A stretch of DNA of 64,000 nucleotides from Ignavibacteriota bacterium (GTDB lineage Bacteria > Bacteroidota > Ignavibacteria > UBA10030 > UBA6906): assembly GCA_963801355.1 (NCBI GenBank), contig CAWDEM010000008.1, positions 1,088,001 through 1,152,000 on the forward strand, written 5' to 3'. Each line of letters begins with the position of its first letter. Within the stretch, counting starts at the first letter, position 1. The position numbers and the translations under genes were made by a program. This document shows, one piece after another, positions 46,084 through 56,950 of the stretch. A model generated the notes under the pieces. That model ran no database searches. It saw only the letters and a list, made by a program, of their open reading frames with translations, and was not told the DNA's origin.

Positions 46084-48246
46084 CTATTTCAAGAGCATTA
46101 AACGCTTTGTCTGTGTGAAGTCTCCCGCTTGTAGCCGGTAGAAGTACACACCGCTCCCCAGGTTCGAACCGTCCAGGGCGACATTGTGAACACCCGCCTC
46201 CTTCTTCGCATCCACAAGGACACTCACTTCACGGCCGAGAAGGTCATAGAGGGCAAGTCTCACATCACTTGCTACCGGCAGCTGATAACTGACAACTGTG
46301 GTTGGATTGAACGGATTTGGATAGTTCTGGTGGAGCGTGTACTGTTTGGGCGTACTGGCACTTCTTACCTCTCCAACAGAAGTGTAGCCTCCGGTAGTTG
46401 TTCTTAGAATTGTACCTCCCTCACCAACTGCGGTTCCGGTATTTGCAGCCGCAAGACACACTCCGCGCAGCCGGCCGCTCCCACTGAATTGCTTGGACCA
46501 GTGCTTCCCCCTATCCGTTGTTCTCAAAATGATACCAGCACTGTGACTCGCACCCGCAACCGTTCCGTTTTCTTGGTCCGTGAAGCAAACGTCAAAAAAT
46601 CCGTCATAATCGAGGGCAGAGCCCGCCAATTGGGTAACCCAGGTTTCGCCCGCATCTGTTGTGCGTAGAACAATCGCTCCTTCAAGCCAGCCACCTCCAA
46701 CAACGGTTCCTGTGTTTACGTCTGTGAAATACACATCTTGAAGTGTCTGTCGTGTCCCGGATGACTGCCTGACCCAGTTGGCACCTCCATCCGTTGTTCG
46801 AAGGATGACGCCCTCATACCCACGCCAGTCAATCCCAACAGCCGTTCCGGTATTCGCGTCCGTAAAGAACACTCCGTGAAGTTGGTATTCTGAGGCCTGG
46901 ATAATCCATTTTCCCCCCCCATTTGTTGTTCTGAGGATTGCATTCGCGCCCACAATCCAACCGGTTTCTGCATCGACAAAACAGACTCCGTTGAGTACGT
47001 CCGTGGAATCCTCCAGTTGAATTGCCCAGTTTCGTCCGCCATCTGTTGTGCGAAGGACTATCCCCTCTTTGAGACCCATCGGACCACCCCCAACGACTGT
47101 TCCCGTGTTTGCGTCGGTGAAGCAGATATCATTAAGGCCTCTCGTGGTTCGAGCTGTCTGACTCAGCCAACTGTCTCCGCCGTCTGATGTTCTGAGGATT
47201 GTCCCATAGATACCCACGGCAGTTCCCGTATTAGCGTCCGTGAACGACACTCCATTGAGCCCGTAACTCGTCCCCCGTATTTTGCTGAACCAGTTATTGC
47301 CGCCGTCTGTTGTGCGAAGAATTATGGGACCGATGAGTCCGTACGACAGTGTGCTACCACCGACAGCCATTCCGGTATTGCGGTCGGCAAACCATACGTC
47401 GAGCAGTTCCTCCGTTGTTCCACTAGACTGCGTGACCCAGTTCTTGCCGCCATCTGTTGTGCGAAGGACTACGTTCCCCCCGACCACCGTCCCGGTCTTT
47501 GCATCCGTGAAACACACACTCGAGAAAATGGAAGCCGAATACTTCAATTGGGTGACCCAGTTTGTCCCGCCATCCGTTGTCGCGAGGATTGTATTGTTTC
47601 CTACAACCCAACCGGTATCGGCACTCGTAAACCAGACTCCACAAAGAGACTCACTTGTTCCACTCGACTGACTGAACCAGTTTTCTCCCCCATTTGTTGT
47701 TTTGAGGATCGTTCCGTCAGGGCCAACAGCCGTGCTCGTATTTGCGTCTGCACCATGCACTCCAAACAGATGGGCAGAACCGCTGAACTGGCTCATCCAG
47801 CTGTCCCCTCCATCTGTTGTCCTAAGAATCACGCCTCGCGTACTTCCCCATACAGCTCCCACGGCTATTCCGCTGTTTGCATCGGCAAAGCACACGCTTG
47901 TAAGACCGACAGTATCGTTTGCGTATTTCTTAACCCAGTTGTTTCCTCCATCAGTCGTCTTGAAGATTGCTCCTGTGCCAACAACCCACCCGGTATTCGC
48001 ATCAGTGAACCAGAGGTCACTGAAGTTTTGGTTTTCGATGAGCTGGGTAGCCCAGGTGGTTCCACCGTCAGTGGTCTTGATGATTGTTCCCCCACTGATA
48101 GCGGTGCCTATGTCTGCATCGGTAAGATGGATAGCTTTTAGAGTACCCACGGTGGGTAGCGGACTCTGATGGAACCAACCTGATTGCGCAGGTGCATCCA
48201 GCTGAAGGCCCATTGCTGCAAGAACCACTACGTATAGCTTGCTCAT
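46084..48246 (-). CDS. YCF48/BNR-repeat T9SS cargo
   Basis: About 13 repeats of F.DANTG..VG....ILRTTDGG..W; CTD without the palindromic insert. Confidence 0.85.
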   Translation of the reverse strand: MSKLYVVVLAAMGLQLDAPAQSGWFHQSPLPTVGTLKAIHLTDADIGTAISGGTIIKTTDGGTTWATQLIENQNFSDLWFTDANTGWVVGTGAIFKTTDGGNNWVKKYANDTVGLTSVCFADANSGIAVGAVWGSTRGVILRTTDGGDSWMSQFSGSAHLFGVHGADANTSTAVGPDGTILKTTNGGENWFSQSSGTSESLCGVWFTSADTGWVVGNNTILATTDGGTNWVTQLKYSASIFSSVCFTDAKTGTVVGGNVVLRTTDGGKNWVTQSSGTTEELLDVWFADRNTGMAVGGSTLSYGLIGPIILRTTDGGNNWFSKIRGTSYGLNGVSFTDANTGTAVGIYGTILRTSDGGDSWLSQTARTTRGLNDICFTDANTGTVVGGGPMGLKEGIVLRTTDGGRNWAIQLEDSTDVLNGVCFVDAETGWIVGANAILRTTNGGGKWIIQASEYQLHGVFFTDANTGTAVGIDWRGYEGVILRTTDGGANWVRQSSGTRQTLQDVYFTDVNTGTVVGGGWLEGAIVLRTTDAGETWVTQLAGSALDYDGFFDVCFTDQENGTVAGASHSAGIILRTTDRGKHWSKQFSGSGRLRGVCLAAANTGTAVGEGGTILRTTTGGYTSVGEVRSASTPKQYTLHQNYPNPFNPTTVVSYQLPVASDVRLALYDLLGREVSVLVDAKKEAGVHNVALDGSNLGSGVYFYRLQAGDFTQTKRLMLLK

Positions 48247-48298
48247 CTTTGCCTCCTGAACAAGACTCTGTGAAGAACATTTCCCATAAGGTCACAGC

Positions 48299-50164
48299 TC
48301 ACTTCACAAATGTAAGTTTCTTCGATTGGACGAAATCATCCGCTCCGCTCTTGGCGTCACGCCCGATGGCGGAGTCCAGAAGGCGCACCTGCAGTCGGTA
48401 GAAGTACACGCCGCTCGATAGCCCTGAGCCATCGAACTTTGCTTCATGATACCCTGCGTCTCTCGTGTCGTTCACCAGAACCGATACATCACGTCCGAGC
48501 ACATCGTACACGGTCAATCTCACCTCCGAGGACTTCGGCAACTCGAACCTGATGGTCGTGCTCGGATTGAAGGGGTTGGGGTAGTTCTGTTGCAGCGAAA
48601 AGCTGGTTGGCAGCGCATCAGGTGGCTCATCAACTCCTGTGGTTGGTTTGCCGAAAAGATGCTCGTAAGCACCAATATCCGGCTTCGAACCGGAGGGACT
48701 TGGGCGAGGATTCCCTCCAACACAGTATGCAGGAATATGATACCAGACTCCCGCAACCTCTACCGAATCAATACCGGCACCGATACATGGCGATGCATCT
48801 GAAAGCCGGTAATCTTCTGAGGCAGCATTAACGAACAGAGGGTCAGCGTCTATGTTGTGTTCATAGAGCCCGGCATAATTTGCTCCCGCGCCTGTCCCTC
48901 CGATTCCTGCCTTACCACCCTCGATATCGCAGTACAGAATAGTCGGATCACAAGATTCGTCGTCAAGGGCTACTTCTTTTCCCATAGGCGCAGCATTGCC
49001 ATAGATGTTGTTGTTTATGAGAACTGGATTGCCATCCTCTCTACAGCCAATACCGCCCCCTGCATAGCTAGCTGTGTTGTAGGCAATAGTATTTCCGATC
49101 ACGATTGGCTTGCCACCCTTATAGCACAAGATGCCGCCAACGAAGCCTTGGTTGTGGACAATGACATTGTTTGCTATGGTCGGAGCCCCACCATTGTCAA
49201 TGAGAAGTCCACCTGCAGCTTCAGTTGCGACATTGTTGTAGAAAATGTTGCCTGATATCGTTCCCCGGCTATAGTAGCAACAGGCGACGGCGCCATACTT
49301 TCCAGTGTTGTTGTGAAACACGTTGTTTGATATGATGACATTTGGACAATATACACAACCGATCGCGCTACTTTTTGAACTTGAATTGTTAGAAAACGTA
49401 CTATTCGTAATTGTCGTTGAAGCATAGAAAACAAAGATTCCGCCATCTGCTTCGGGCGGATGCCACCCTTCACCACTCTGCTTATTGGAATCAAACAGGC
49501 AGTGGGACACTAAGACTTTGTCGAAATGAGATATCAGCATTGCACCGCCACTTCGATCAAGACCACTGCCTGTGTTTGCATTTCCATACTTCAGTGAGCA
49601 GTAGAAGATCTTTGACGTATCGTTTGTACTGGGGGTATCCTCGAACCGAATCCCGTGCCAGCCAGTCTGCGTATCCGCAGCCGTGAATCGTATCGTATCC
49701 TGTTCTGTGCCGACTGCCAGCAGCCTGCCCTGGACATTCAACTTGTAATGCCCCAGGAAAACGACTTCCACTCCCGGCTCTATGGTGAGTGTTGAGTCGT
49801 TTGGTACTGTGATTTCGCCATTGATGTGATATGGAGAGCCATCCAGCGTCCAGGTGCCACTTATATTTCCTGCGGGAATATCCGTATGGAATGTGGGATC
49901 ATAAGCTTCGTAGTCAGCCAAACCGACAACATCTTTGTCCACTCCTCCGATCACATAGATCTTGTTGTTGACCACAGCGGCACAGGACGCCGCCCGTCCT
50001 GTTGGCATATCTTTCTTCCTTGTCCAGGCTCCACTTTGTGCCCAGAGGTCGGCAGGGGACAGGAACACAGAAATAAGCAAAGCGCAATACACGATCCTGG
50101 GAGACGTTCTCGCGAATTGACGAGCCTTCACGATCCTCCCCCGTCGAATTGATCTTTGTGTCAT
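48299..50164 (-). CDS. T9SS cargo: one Kelch repeat, right-handed beta-helix and CTD
   Basis: KIYVIGG...YDP; SGTWT..GSPY; Asn-rich repeats; DPLFV...DYRL...SPCI; DIGAYE. Confidence 0.8.
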   Translation of the reverse strand: MTQRSIRRGRIVKARQFARTSPRIVYCALLISVFLSPADLWAQSGAWTRKKDMPTGRAASCAAVVNNKIYVIGGVDKDVVGLADYEAYDPTFHTDIPAGNISGTWTLDGSPYHINGEITVPNDSTLTIEPGVEVVFLGHYKLNVQGRLLAVGTEQDTIRFTAADTQTGWHGIRFEDTPSTNDTSKIFYCSLKYGNANTGSGLDRSGGAMLISHFDKVLVSHCLFDSNKQSGEGWHPPEADGGIFVFYASTTITNSTFSNNSSSKSSAIGCVYCPNVIISNNVFHNNTGKYGAVACCYYSRGTISGNIFYNNVATEAAGGLLIDNGGAPTIANNVIVHNQGFVGGILCYKGGKPIVIGNTIAYNTASYAGGGIGCREDGNPVLINNNIYGNAAPMGKEVALDDESCDPTILYCDIEGGKAGIGGTGAGANYAGLYEHNIDADPLFVNAASEDYRLSDASPCIGAGIDSVEVAGVWYHIPAYCVGGNPRPSPSGSKPDIGAYEHLFGKPTTGVDEPPDALPTSFSLQQNYPNPFNPSTTIRFELPKSSEVRLTVYDVLGRDVSVLVNDTRDAGYHEAKFDGSGLSSGVYFYRLQVRLLDSAIGRDAKSGADDFVQSKKLTFVK

Positions 50165-50260
50165 GGGACCTCCCATTTCTTAAGACGCAATTGCAGGATC
50201 CACCCTCATCGATAGATCGAGTCCCCACGAATTGTATCGAACCACGACATACGCACCCCT

Positions 50261-50662
50261 CTACTCGGCGGAAGCGAGACAACCCTGTCGCAGCATCACC
50301 ATCTTTTTCGTTTCAGAAAACTCCCCTGCCTGGAGTTTATAGAGATAGATGCCTTCCGACATCGCACCGCCATGGCCGGCAGGAAAGGATTCACCTCCGG
50401 CGACAAACTCGATTTCATACGTGCCCGCATTTCTTTCTTCATCCAGAAGGGTTCTCACCATCTTGCCTTCAGAGTCTAAGACTTCCAATGTGACTCTCGT
50501 CCTGTAAGCCACACAGAACTTTATTGCCGTTTTCTCACTGAACGGATTTGGGTAGTTCTGACTCAATTGGAACTCAGATGGAACCAGGCGAATGTGATCT
50601 TTACTTTGCGCTGGATTCACGATGTGAAGTACCCCCGACCTAGCCTTGCACGACTTGCCCAT
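50261..50662 (-). CDS. Stand-alone T9SS-CTD/FlgD-like small protein, no signal peptide
   Basis: FQLSQNYPNPF...GIYLYKLQAGEF..TKKM with only about 28 residues upstream. Confidence 0.65.
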   Translation of the reverse strand: MGKSCKARSGVLHIVNPAQSKDHIRLVPSEFQLSQNYPNPFSEKTAIKFCVAYRTRVTLEVLDSEGKMVRTLLDEERNAGTYEIEFVAGGESFPAGHGGAMSEGIYLYKLQAGEFSETKKMVMLRQGCLASAE

Positions 50663-50866
50663 GGCGGTCCCTCTGAACATGTGGGCCACGTAGGGATGAT
50701 TGACGACGGACACATGATAACACCGGAGGCGGCGGGCTTTCTACCAGTCTCGCATCAAAAACTACCGATTCTGAGTCCGGGCAGAAGGCATTTGCCCTGC
50801 AAGTCGTTAGTTCACAGAGAGTTGTGCGCTCGGTGTATCGGCAGATGCGTTCGTAATGCGTGCCGA

Positions 50867-53800
50867 CTACTGGTGGGGGGTCCTGAGGTGATAGTGTGAA
50901 GGGATTGTGCCAAATTGCTTCTTGAAGCATTCGGCGAAATACGACGGGTTGTTGAAACCTACTTCGAGTGCGATTTCGGACATATTCCCAAACTTGCCTT
51001 CAATGAGTTCAGCGGCCCTGTTCAGCCGGGTCCTCTTGATCAGCTCGCTCGGCGGCTCACCGACCAATGCCTCGATCTTCTTCAAAAGCACCGATCTGCT
51101 CACCGCCATTTCCGCTGCAAGAGTCTCTACGCCGAAAGAAGCATCCGACATATGCGTGGCGATGACCGCGACAGTGTTTTGCAGAAATTTGCTGTCAAGA
51201 GACGTGATTTTTTCTTTTTCTATCTCAAATAGTCCATGCTTTCTGAAATGCTCATGAACTCTTTTCCGTTGTTCAATGAGATTCCCGATTCTCGCCTTGA
51301 GTTCCGCCGGCTCAAAAGGCTTCATGATGTAGTCATCCGCACCTATATGGAGCCCTTCAATCCTGTCCTGACTCGAAGCCTTCGCCGTCAGCAAGATGAC
51401 AGGAATGTGGCTTGTTCTTTCATCTCTTTTGAGTTTATCACAAAGTGCAAACCCATCCATCTTGGGCATCATGACATCGCTGACGATGACATCGGGGATG
51501 TGCTCAACGGACTTGTTCCAGCCATCTTCTCCATCAACGGCTTCCAGAACTGCATATTCCTCCTTCACATTGCCACGTATGTAGTATCTCACGTCAGTAT
51601 TGTCTTCGACTATCAATACCAGTGGCTTTCCTGTGTCAACGGGGACACCAGATTCAGGTTTCCCAGACTTCGTTTCTTCATTATCGATCACAGCCTCCGC
51701 GGGAAGTGAAGCCTGCATCCCCGCAAGGCCGCGGCTCTCATCACCTTCCTCCGGTTCGCATATCTCTTCCGGCTGCAAGTGTGCTTTCCCCAAAGGAAGA
51801 TGAATCGTAAAAGTTGTTCCTTTCCCTTCTGTACTTTCGACTTCGATTGTCCCCTTATGCAACTCAATCAACTCTTTTGTGAGTGACAGGCCAATACCAG
51901 TCCCTTCCTGAGCTCGTATTTGGCTTCCGTCAACCTGGTAGAAACGATTGAAAATGCTGGGGATCTTGTCAGCCGGAATCCCGATCCCCGTATCACGAAC
52001 GGCTACATTCACGTAGTGTTCGTCTCTTGTTATAGCAACGTCTATTCCCCCGCCGTCCGGGGTGAATTTGAACGCGTTTGAGAGTATGTTCGTAACGATC
52101 TTATCGATTTTCCCCTTGTCGACATAAACCGGTATGTCCTCTGCTTCTGCGTTGAACGTGAGCGCGATCCTCTTTCTTTCGGCGTATGAGCTGAATGACA
52201 GCGCCAGGGCCTTCAGTAACTGCACAATGTTCAGAGGAGCAGTCCGAAGCTTCATACTGCCCGATTCAAGTTTGGATATATCAAGCAACTGGTTCACGAG
52301 CCCGAGCAACTTGTGTGCGTGCTTCTGCACAAGCTGGAGGTCACCCCGGATCTTCTCGTCCTGTACGGCCTCAATGGCCTGTTCTACCGGCCCGAGTATC
52401 AACGTCAGCGGCGTTCGGAATTCGTGGGAGATGTTCGCGAAGAAGCGCGATTTCAATTCATCCACTTCGTGCAGCTTGTCTGGCTTCGAACCTGCTCATT
52501 TCGTATGCGTGTCCCATCCGTATGCTTTTTACTTGCATTTTCCAGGCAGCATACAGCAGGCTGAGAAGAAGTAGCGAAGCGAGGATATAGGCCCACGCAG
52601 TTTTCCACCAAGGAGGAGAAATGAATACTGCAATGGACGTGCCGGCCTCATTCCAGACGCCATCATTGTTTGATCCTTTCACTCTTAACGTATATTTGCC
52701 CGGCTCCAGTCCTGGATAGGACGCATAACGTCGGGTCCCTGAATACACCCAATCCTTATCCAAACCCTCCATTTTGTACGCATACTGATTTCTTTCCGGA
52801 CTTATGTAGCTTAACGCCGCGAACTCAAAGGCTATGAAATTCTCATCATACGGTAGACGCACATCACTGGTGAGAGGAGCCGGTTTATCGAATTTCTTGA
52901 ATGATGTTATGACGATCGGAGGTACAAACGGATTGTCTTTCACGCTGTCAGGATGAAACCGGGTGAGCCCCCCTGCCCCCCCGAAATACATCTCGCCGTT
53001 TCCTGTTTTGCACCCCTTTCCGAAGGATATATCGGCCGTTGGTTCCAGGCCGTATGAGACGTCGTAATGTTTGACCTGATGAGTTTCAGGATTAAGCTTG
53101 GAAATCCCCTTGTTGCTGCTGATCCACAAACACCCATGATCATCCTCCAGAATGCCAAGTATGTCAGTGCTCGGCAAACCGTCCTTTTCGTAAAAGCGAA
53201 TGAAGCTGTTCGTTGAACGGTCAAATCTATTGAGGCCGTTGTTTGTAACGAACCATAGCCTTCTCTTTGTATCCTCATAGATCTCATGAATCTGTTTTCC
53301 ACTTATGGTTCCAGGATTGCCGGGTTCAGAAACAAATTCGACGATCGTGTCCCGGTCTTGATTGTAGCAGAATAGCTTTCCCATGTAGGTGGCAATCCAG
53401 ACCAAGCCAGTGGCATCTTCGTAGATGTACCGTATTCGCAGTTTCACATTCTTGACTTCTGTTAGCGATCTTGATTTAGGATCAATGAACCAGAGATTAC
53501 CAGAGCGAGTCCCAATCCAGAACCCTTTACTGCTTTTCCACGTGACGGAAACCGATCTCACGACATCTCGCGAGTACGGACCCCACACGTGTCTCACGCC
53601 AAGACTATCTATCGTAGAGAGAATCCCTCCCTCTGAGTAAAGCAGTACATCACCTCCTGAGTTGTACACAAACAATACGGAATCCTTGCCAAATGAACAT
53701 GGAACCAACTCCTCTTTTTGTATGTCGAATTTCTTGTATCTCTTGGATGTGAAGAGCCAGAGTATTCCTTCTCTCCCGCTCTTGACTACATAGACTATGT

Positions 53801-54860
53801 CATTCATTGGATACTTTTTGAAGGGCTGCTTTGACCGGTTAAGCTTTTGAATGTACGTATCTGTTCCGGCCCAGAATGTTCCGGATCGCTCGCTGCATAC
53901 AGCGTTTGTTCGATACTCATATTGAGCAAATGCTCTGGATTGTCTGTCAAAGGAAAGAAGTACTCTGCCGGTTGCCGCCCAGAGAGAACCAGTCATGACA
54001 TCCTGGCAAATTGAATAGATGCGATTATGTAGCCCCTTGGGATTATGGCGATAGTGTGAGAAAGTGCCTTCCTTAGGATTGAATTCCACTAAGCCTTCCT
54101 CCGTCCCCAGCCAGAGCGCGCCGTTGTTATCTTCACACAGTGAGTTGATCCAGTATTGCGAACCAGTAGTGTCCCGTGGCGCATGCTGTTTGCCCGAGTC
54201 ATACCAACAGTGGACAAACTTTGCTGTCGCGAAATCATACCTATCGAGCCCTCCACCAGTGGCAAACCAGAGCGATCCTTCCTTGTCTTCGTAGATGGCA
54301 TTGACCGAGTTGTGTGCGATGCTGCCGGGATCTGTGCTGTCATGTCGCAGTGATGAGAAGGTCCCTGTCGTTCTGTCGAACTGGCACAAACCCCATTCAG
54401 TCCCGACCCAGAGTATTCCACGCTTGTCTTCACAAATTGCCCCAACATAGTTAGTCGCACCTTCAACGGCACCGGATGGGTTGGGTGCATAATGCATGAA
54501 CGTGCCCGTCGTGCGATCGAATCTCTCAAGGCCAGAAGAACTCCCTATCCACAATACTCCGGCTTTGTCCTCATACAGGGTGGATATTCTATTGTCTGCT
54601 ATGCTGGTACTATCATCAAAGTCGTGCTTGTAAGACACAAAGCTGTACCCGTCATATCGATATAGGCCACCATACGTACCAAACCACAAATAGCCTGTTC
54701 CGTCTTGAAGAATGCACATTACGGCAGTGGGCATGCCATGCTCCACAGACAGCGTCTCAAAGGCAAGGTTCTGTTGCTGTGAGTACACGAAGGCTGAGGG
54801 AATTGCCAGGACAAGGGATAGGAGGATCAATATCTTCAGCAGGGAAGAACTCTCAGGCAT
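50867..54860 (-). CDS. Hybrid two-component system (Reg_prop/Y_Y_Y sensor, HisKA, HATPase, REC, AraC) split by a one-base frameshift at about 52480
   Basis: Beta-propeller repeats, SNNDGVWN, PPWW and TM; then ...FEA/DKLHEVDELKSRFFANISHEFRTPLT, NAFKFT, DVMMP and an AraC HTH. Confidence 0.88.
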
Positions 54861-54951
54861 GAGCTTGACCCAGAGACAATGACTTCCATAAAAAAATGCA
54901 GCCGTCAACTGATATGCACATCGTACCGACGTCGGCAGAGGCCGTTTCCGG

Positions 54952-55887
54952 TCACGACAACAGCGCACCCTCTTTCCATCCCAGGTGCACCAAATCAATG
55001 CGCTTCAGATCAGAAACCCCAAGGCCGTGCCTCGTCTCGGCCATCTGGATGTGCTTTGTAGGTGTGACCGCCTTGTCCTCCCCAAAGTGGTCGATGCGCT
55101 TGAGGCGGAGCAGCTCCGCGCCCAGGGCATCCACAGCCACCGGGTCCTTCGAAGCGAAAATCCCGCAGTAGTCCCACTGATATCGGGGATCGAAGGCGTG
55201 TGGTCCCCGACCGTAGAAGAGCGGCTTGAGCGCCAGGAGGATATTGAGGCGTGTTTTCCCCTTCAATATGGGGAGGTTCCAGATGGCCCCGAGGTCGGCA
55301 CAGGAATCTGCGTGGTAGTCTGAGGGATTCTTCACGAACATGATATGGTTCTTGATGCACCCTCCGATGCCGGACCAATGATGGGTCCTCACCGGACGTA
55401 TGTTCAGGATGGCCGTGCGGTCGGCAAGCAGCGTGCGTGCCTCGCGGTCCGTGACCGGGATGTCCGCTTCAGGGTTCACACACGCAGCCAGCCTCCTTTT
55501 GAGCAGCATGCTAAGGTCAGGAGGCGTATCCAGGTACCCGTAGACGTTGGTTTTGATTCCTACCAGGTCGTGGGGGCCGAAGAGCTGTCCCCACGCGTCT
55601 TCAGGTTTCTTCGTGCCGAGCAGTTCGCACAACGCCTGATCAATCATGGAGGCAGCCACCGCTGCATTTACGGCACCATCCGTGGTGATCACGTTCTTGT
55701 CGCGGATGAGGACCACCTTGGCCCGGGGCTTCACCGCAGGACCTGCTTGATCCTCCTTCCCCGCTTGCTTGACCTCCTGCCGGGTTTGTGCCGCTGAGAG
55801 ACTCTGTCCAAGGGCCACACCTGTTGCGGCAAGCGCCGTCTCTATCAGGAATTCCCTGCGTGAGGATATTTTGTCTTTCCTGCTCAT
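54952..55887 (-). CDS. DUF362 family protein with Tat signal
   Basis: SRREFL twin-arginine motif; VGIKTN; HHWSGIGGCIKN; DPVAVD. Confidence 0.75.
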   Translation of the reverse strand: MSRKDKISSRREFLIETALAATGVALGQSLSAAQTRQEVKQAGKEDQAGPAVKPRAKVVLIRDKNVITTDGAVNAAVAASMIDQALCELLGTKKPEDAWGQLFGPHDLVGIKTNVYGYLDTPPDLSMLLKRRLAACVNPEADIPVTDREARTLLADRTAILNIRPVRTHHWSGIGGCIKNHIMFVKNPSDYHADSCADLGAIWNLPILKGKTRLNILLALKPLFYGRGPHAFDPRYQWDYCGIFASKDPVAVDALGAELLRLKRIDHFGEDKAVTPTKHIQMAETRHGLGVSDLKRIDLVHLGWKEGALLS

Positions 55888-56789
55888 CGAGAGATCTCCA
55901 TCAGTTTGAGTGTGATTTGTTCAAAGTGTTTCCGAACGCTGGCTTCATCCGGGGCGTCAAGGATCAAAACCCCGTGGTTGCCGAGAGCAGCAACCAGGTT
56001 CCAGCCGGTGTCACACCGGAACGCTTCTGCCGGCATGTGCGATTGCCCACAGCGGAGCTTGAGATAGGATCCCACCCCTATTCTGGCGGCCTCCTCGTCG
56101 GGGAACAGCACAACGAGAATGCGCTCCGGATTCCCGGGATTCCCGTAACGGCCCATCACTGTAGGCGCGTGCTGTGGAAGTCCAAGAGGGTTGTCAAAGA
56201 GCGTGGGTTCGAGATTTCTGAGCGTCAGTGGTGAAAGAACATAACGCTCACTGAGCGGGCGCAATCCCTCTTTGGGCAGAACACCATGCAGGTAGGGATG
56301 GCTGGCATCCGGACCCAGGTGGGTTGCCAGGTCTTTTCCCAATGCGAGGACTGCATCGCGGGATGCAGGGGTTTCCTGTTCCGATTGAACGAAGACGAAG
56401 TATCGCCCCCGCCAGAATCTCAGCATCCCTCCACCATATTCGGAATCCTGCCCAACGCCCGCGTCGGCATCGAGGCGCTCGTAGGTGAAGACACCGAAAG
56501 CACCTGCGGGTTCTTCCATTTCGAAGATGCTCATTTCGATGGAGGGTTCACTGGGACTGGTGTATCTCACGGCACGAACACTTTTCATCCCGTAGGCCAG
56601 GTACACCTCGGCCCCACCGTCCATATAGTCGAACACCGTCTGCCGGTCGTAGGTGAAAGGTTTCCCTTCGGCATGCCATTTCCCAATCGAACCGGGAATG
56701 GCTTCGTTCTGTAGTACATCCTGGGCCTGGGCTGATATGCAGGAGCCCTGGGTCAGGATGAGTGGGATCAGATAATGTGCATGACGCAT
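55884..56789 (-). CDS. DUF6599-like exported protein
   Basis: FDYMDGGAEVYLAYG...IFEM...AFGVF...FWRGRYFV; overlaps the DUF362 start. Confidence 0.6.
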   Translation of the reverse strand: MRHAHYLIPLILTQGSCISAQAQDVLQNEAIPGSIGKWHAEGKPFTYDRQTVFDYMDGGAEVYLAYGMKSVRAVRYTSPSEPSIEMSIFEMEEPAGAFGVFTYERLDADAGVGQDSEYGGGMLRFWRGRYFVFVQSEQETPASRDAVLALGKDLATHLGPDASHPYLHGVLPKEGLRPLSERYVLSPLTLRNLEPTLFDNPLGLPQHAPTVMGRYGNPGNPERILVVLFPDEEAARIGVGSYLKLRCGQSHMPAEAFRCDTGWNLVAALGNHGVLILDAPDEASVRKHFEQITLKLMEISR

Positions 56790-56950
56790 ATTGGCAACTC
56801 CGGTCACATTACGAATCACGCTTCCAGTCTGCCAAGTAGGGAGTGCGGACAAAGAGGCATTTCATTCTGGGAATATAACGAGAGCGCATTCGACAAACAA
56901 ATGGTAGCAGGAGTGACTGGCAATGACAAACCCCGGGGCCTGAAGGGGTC

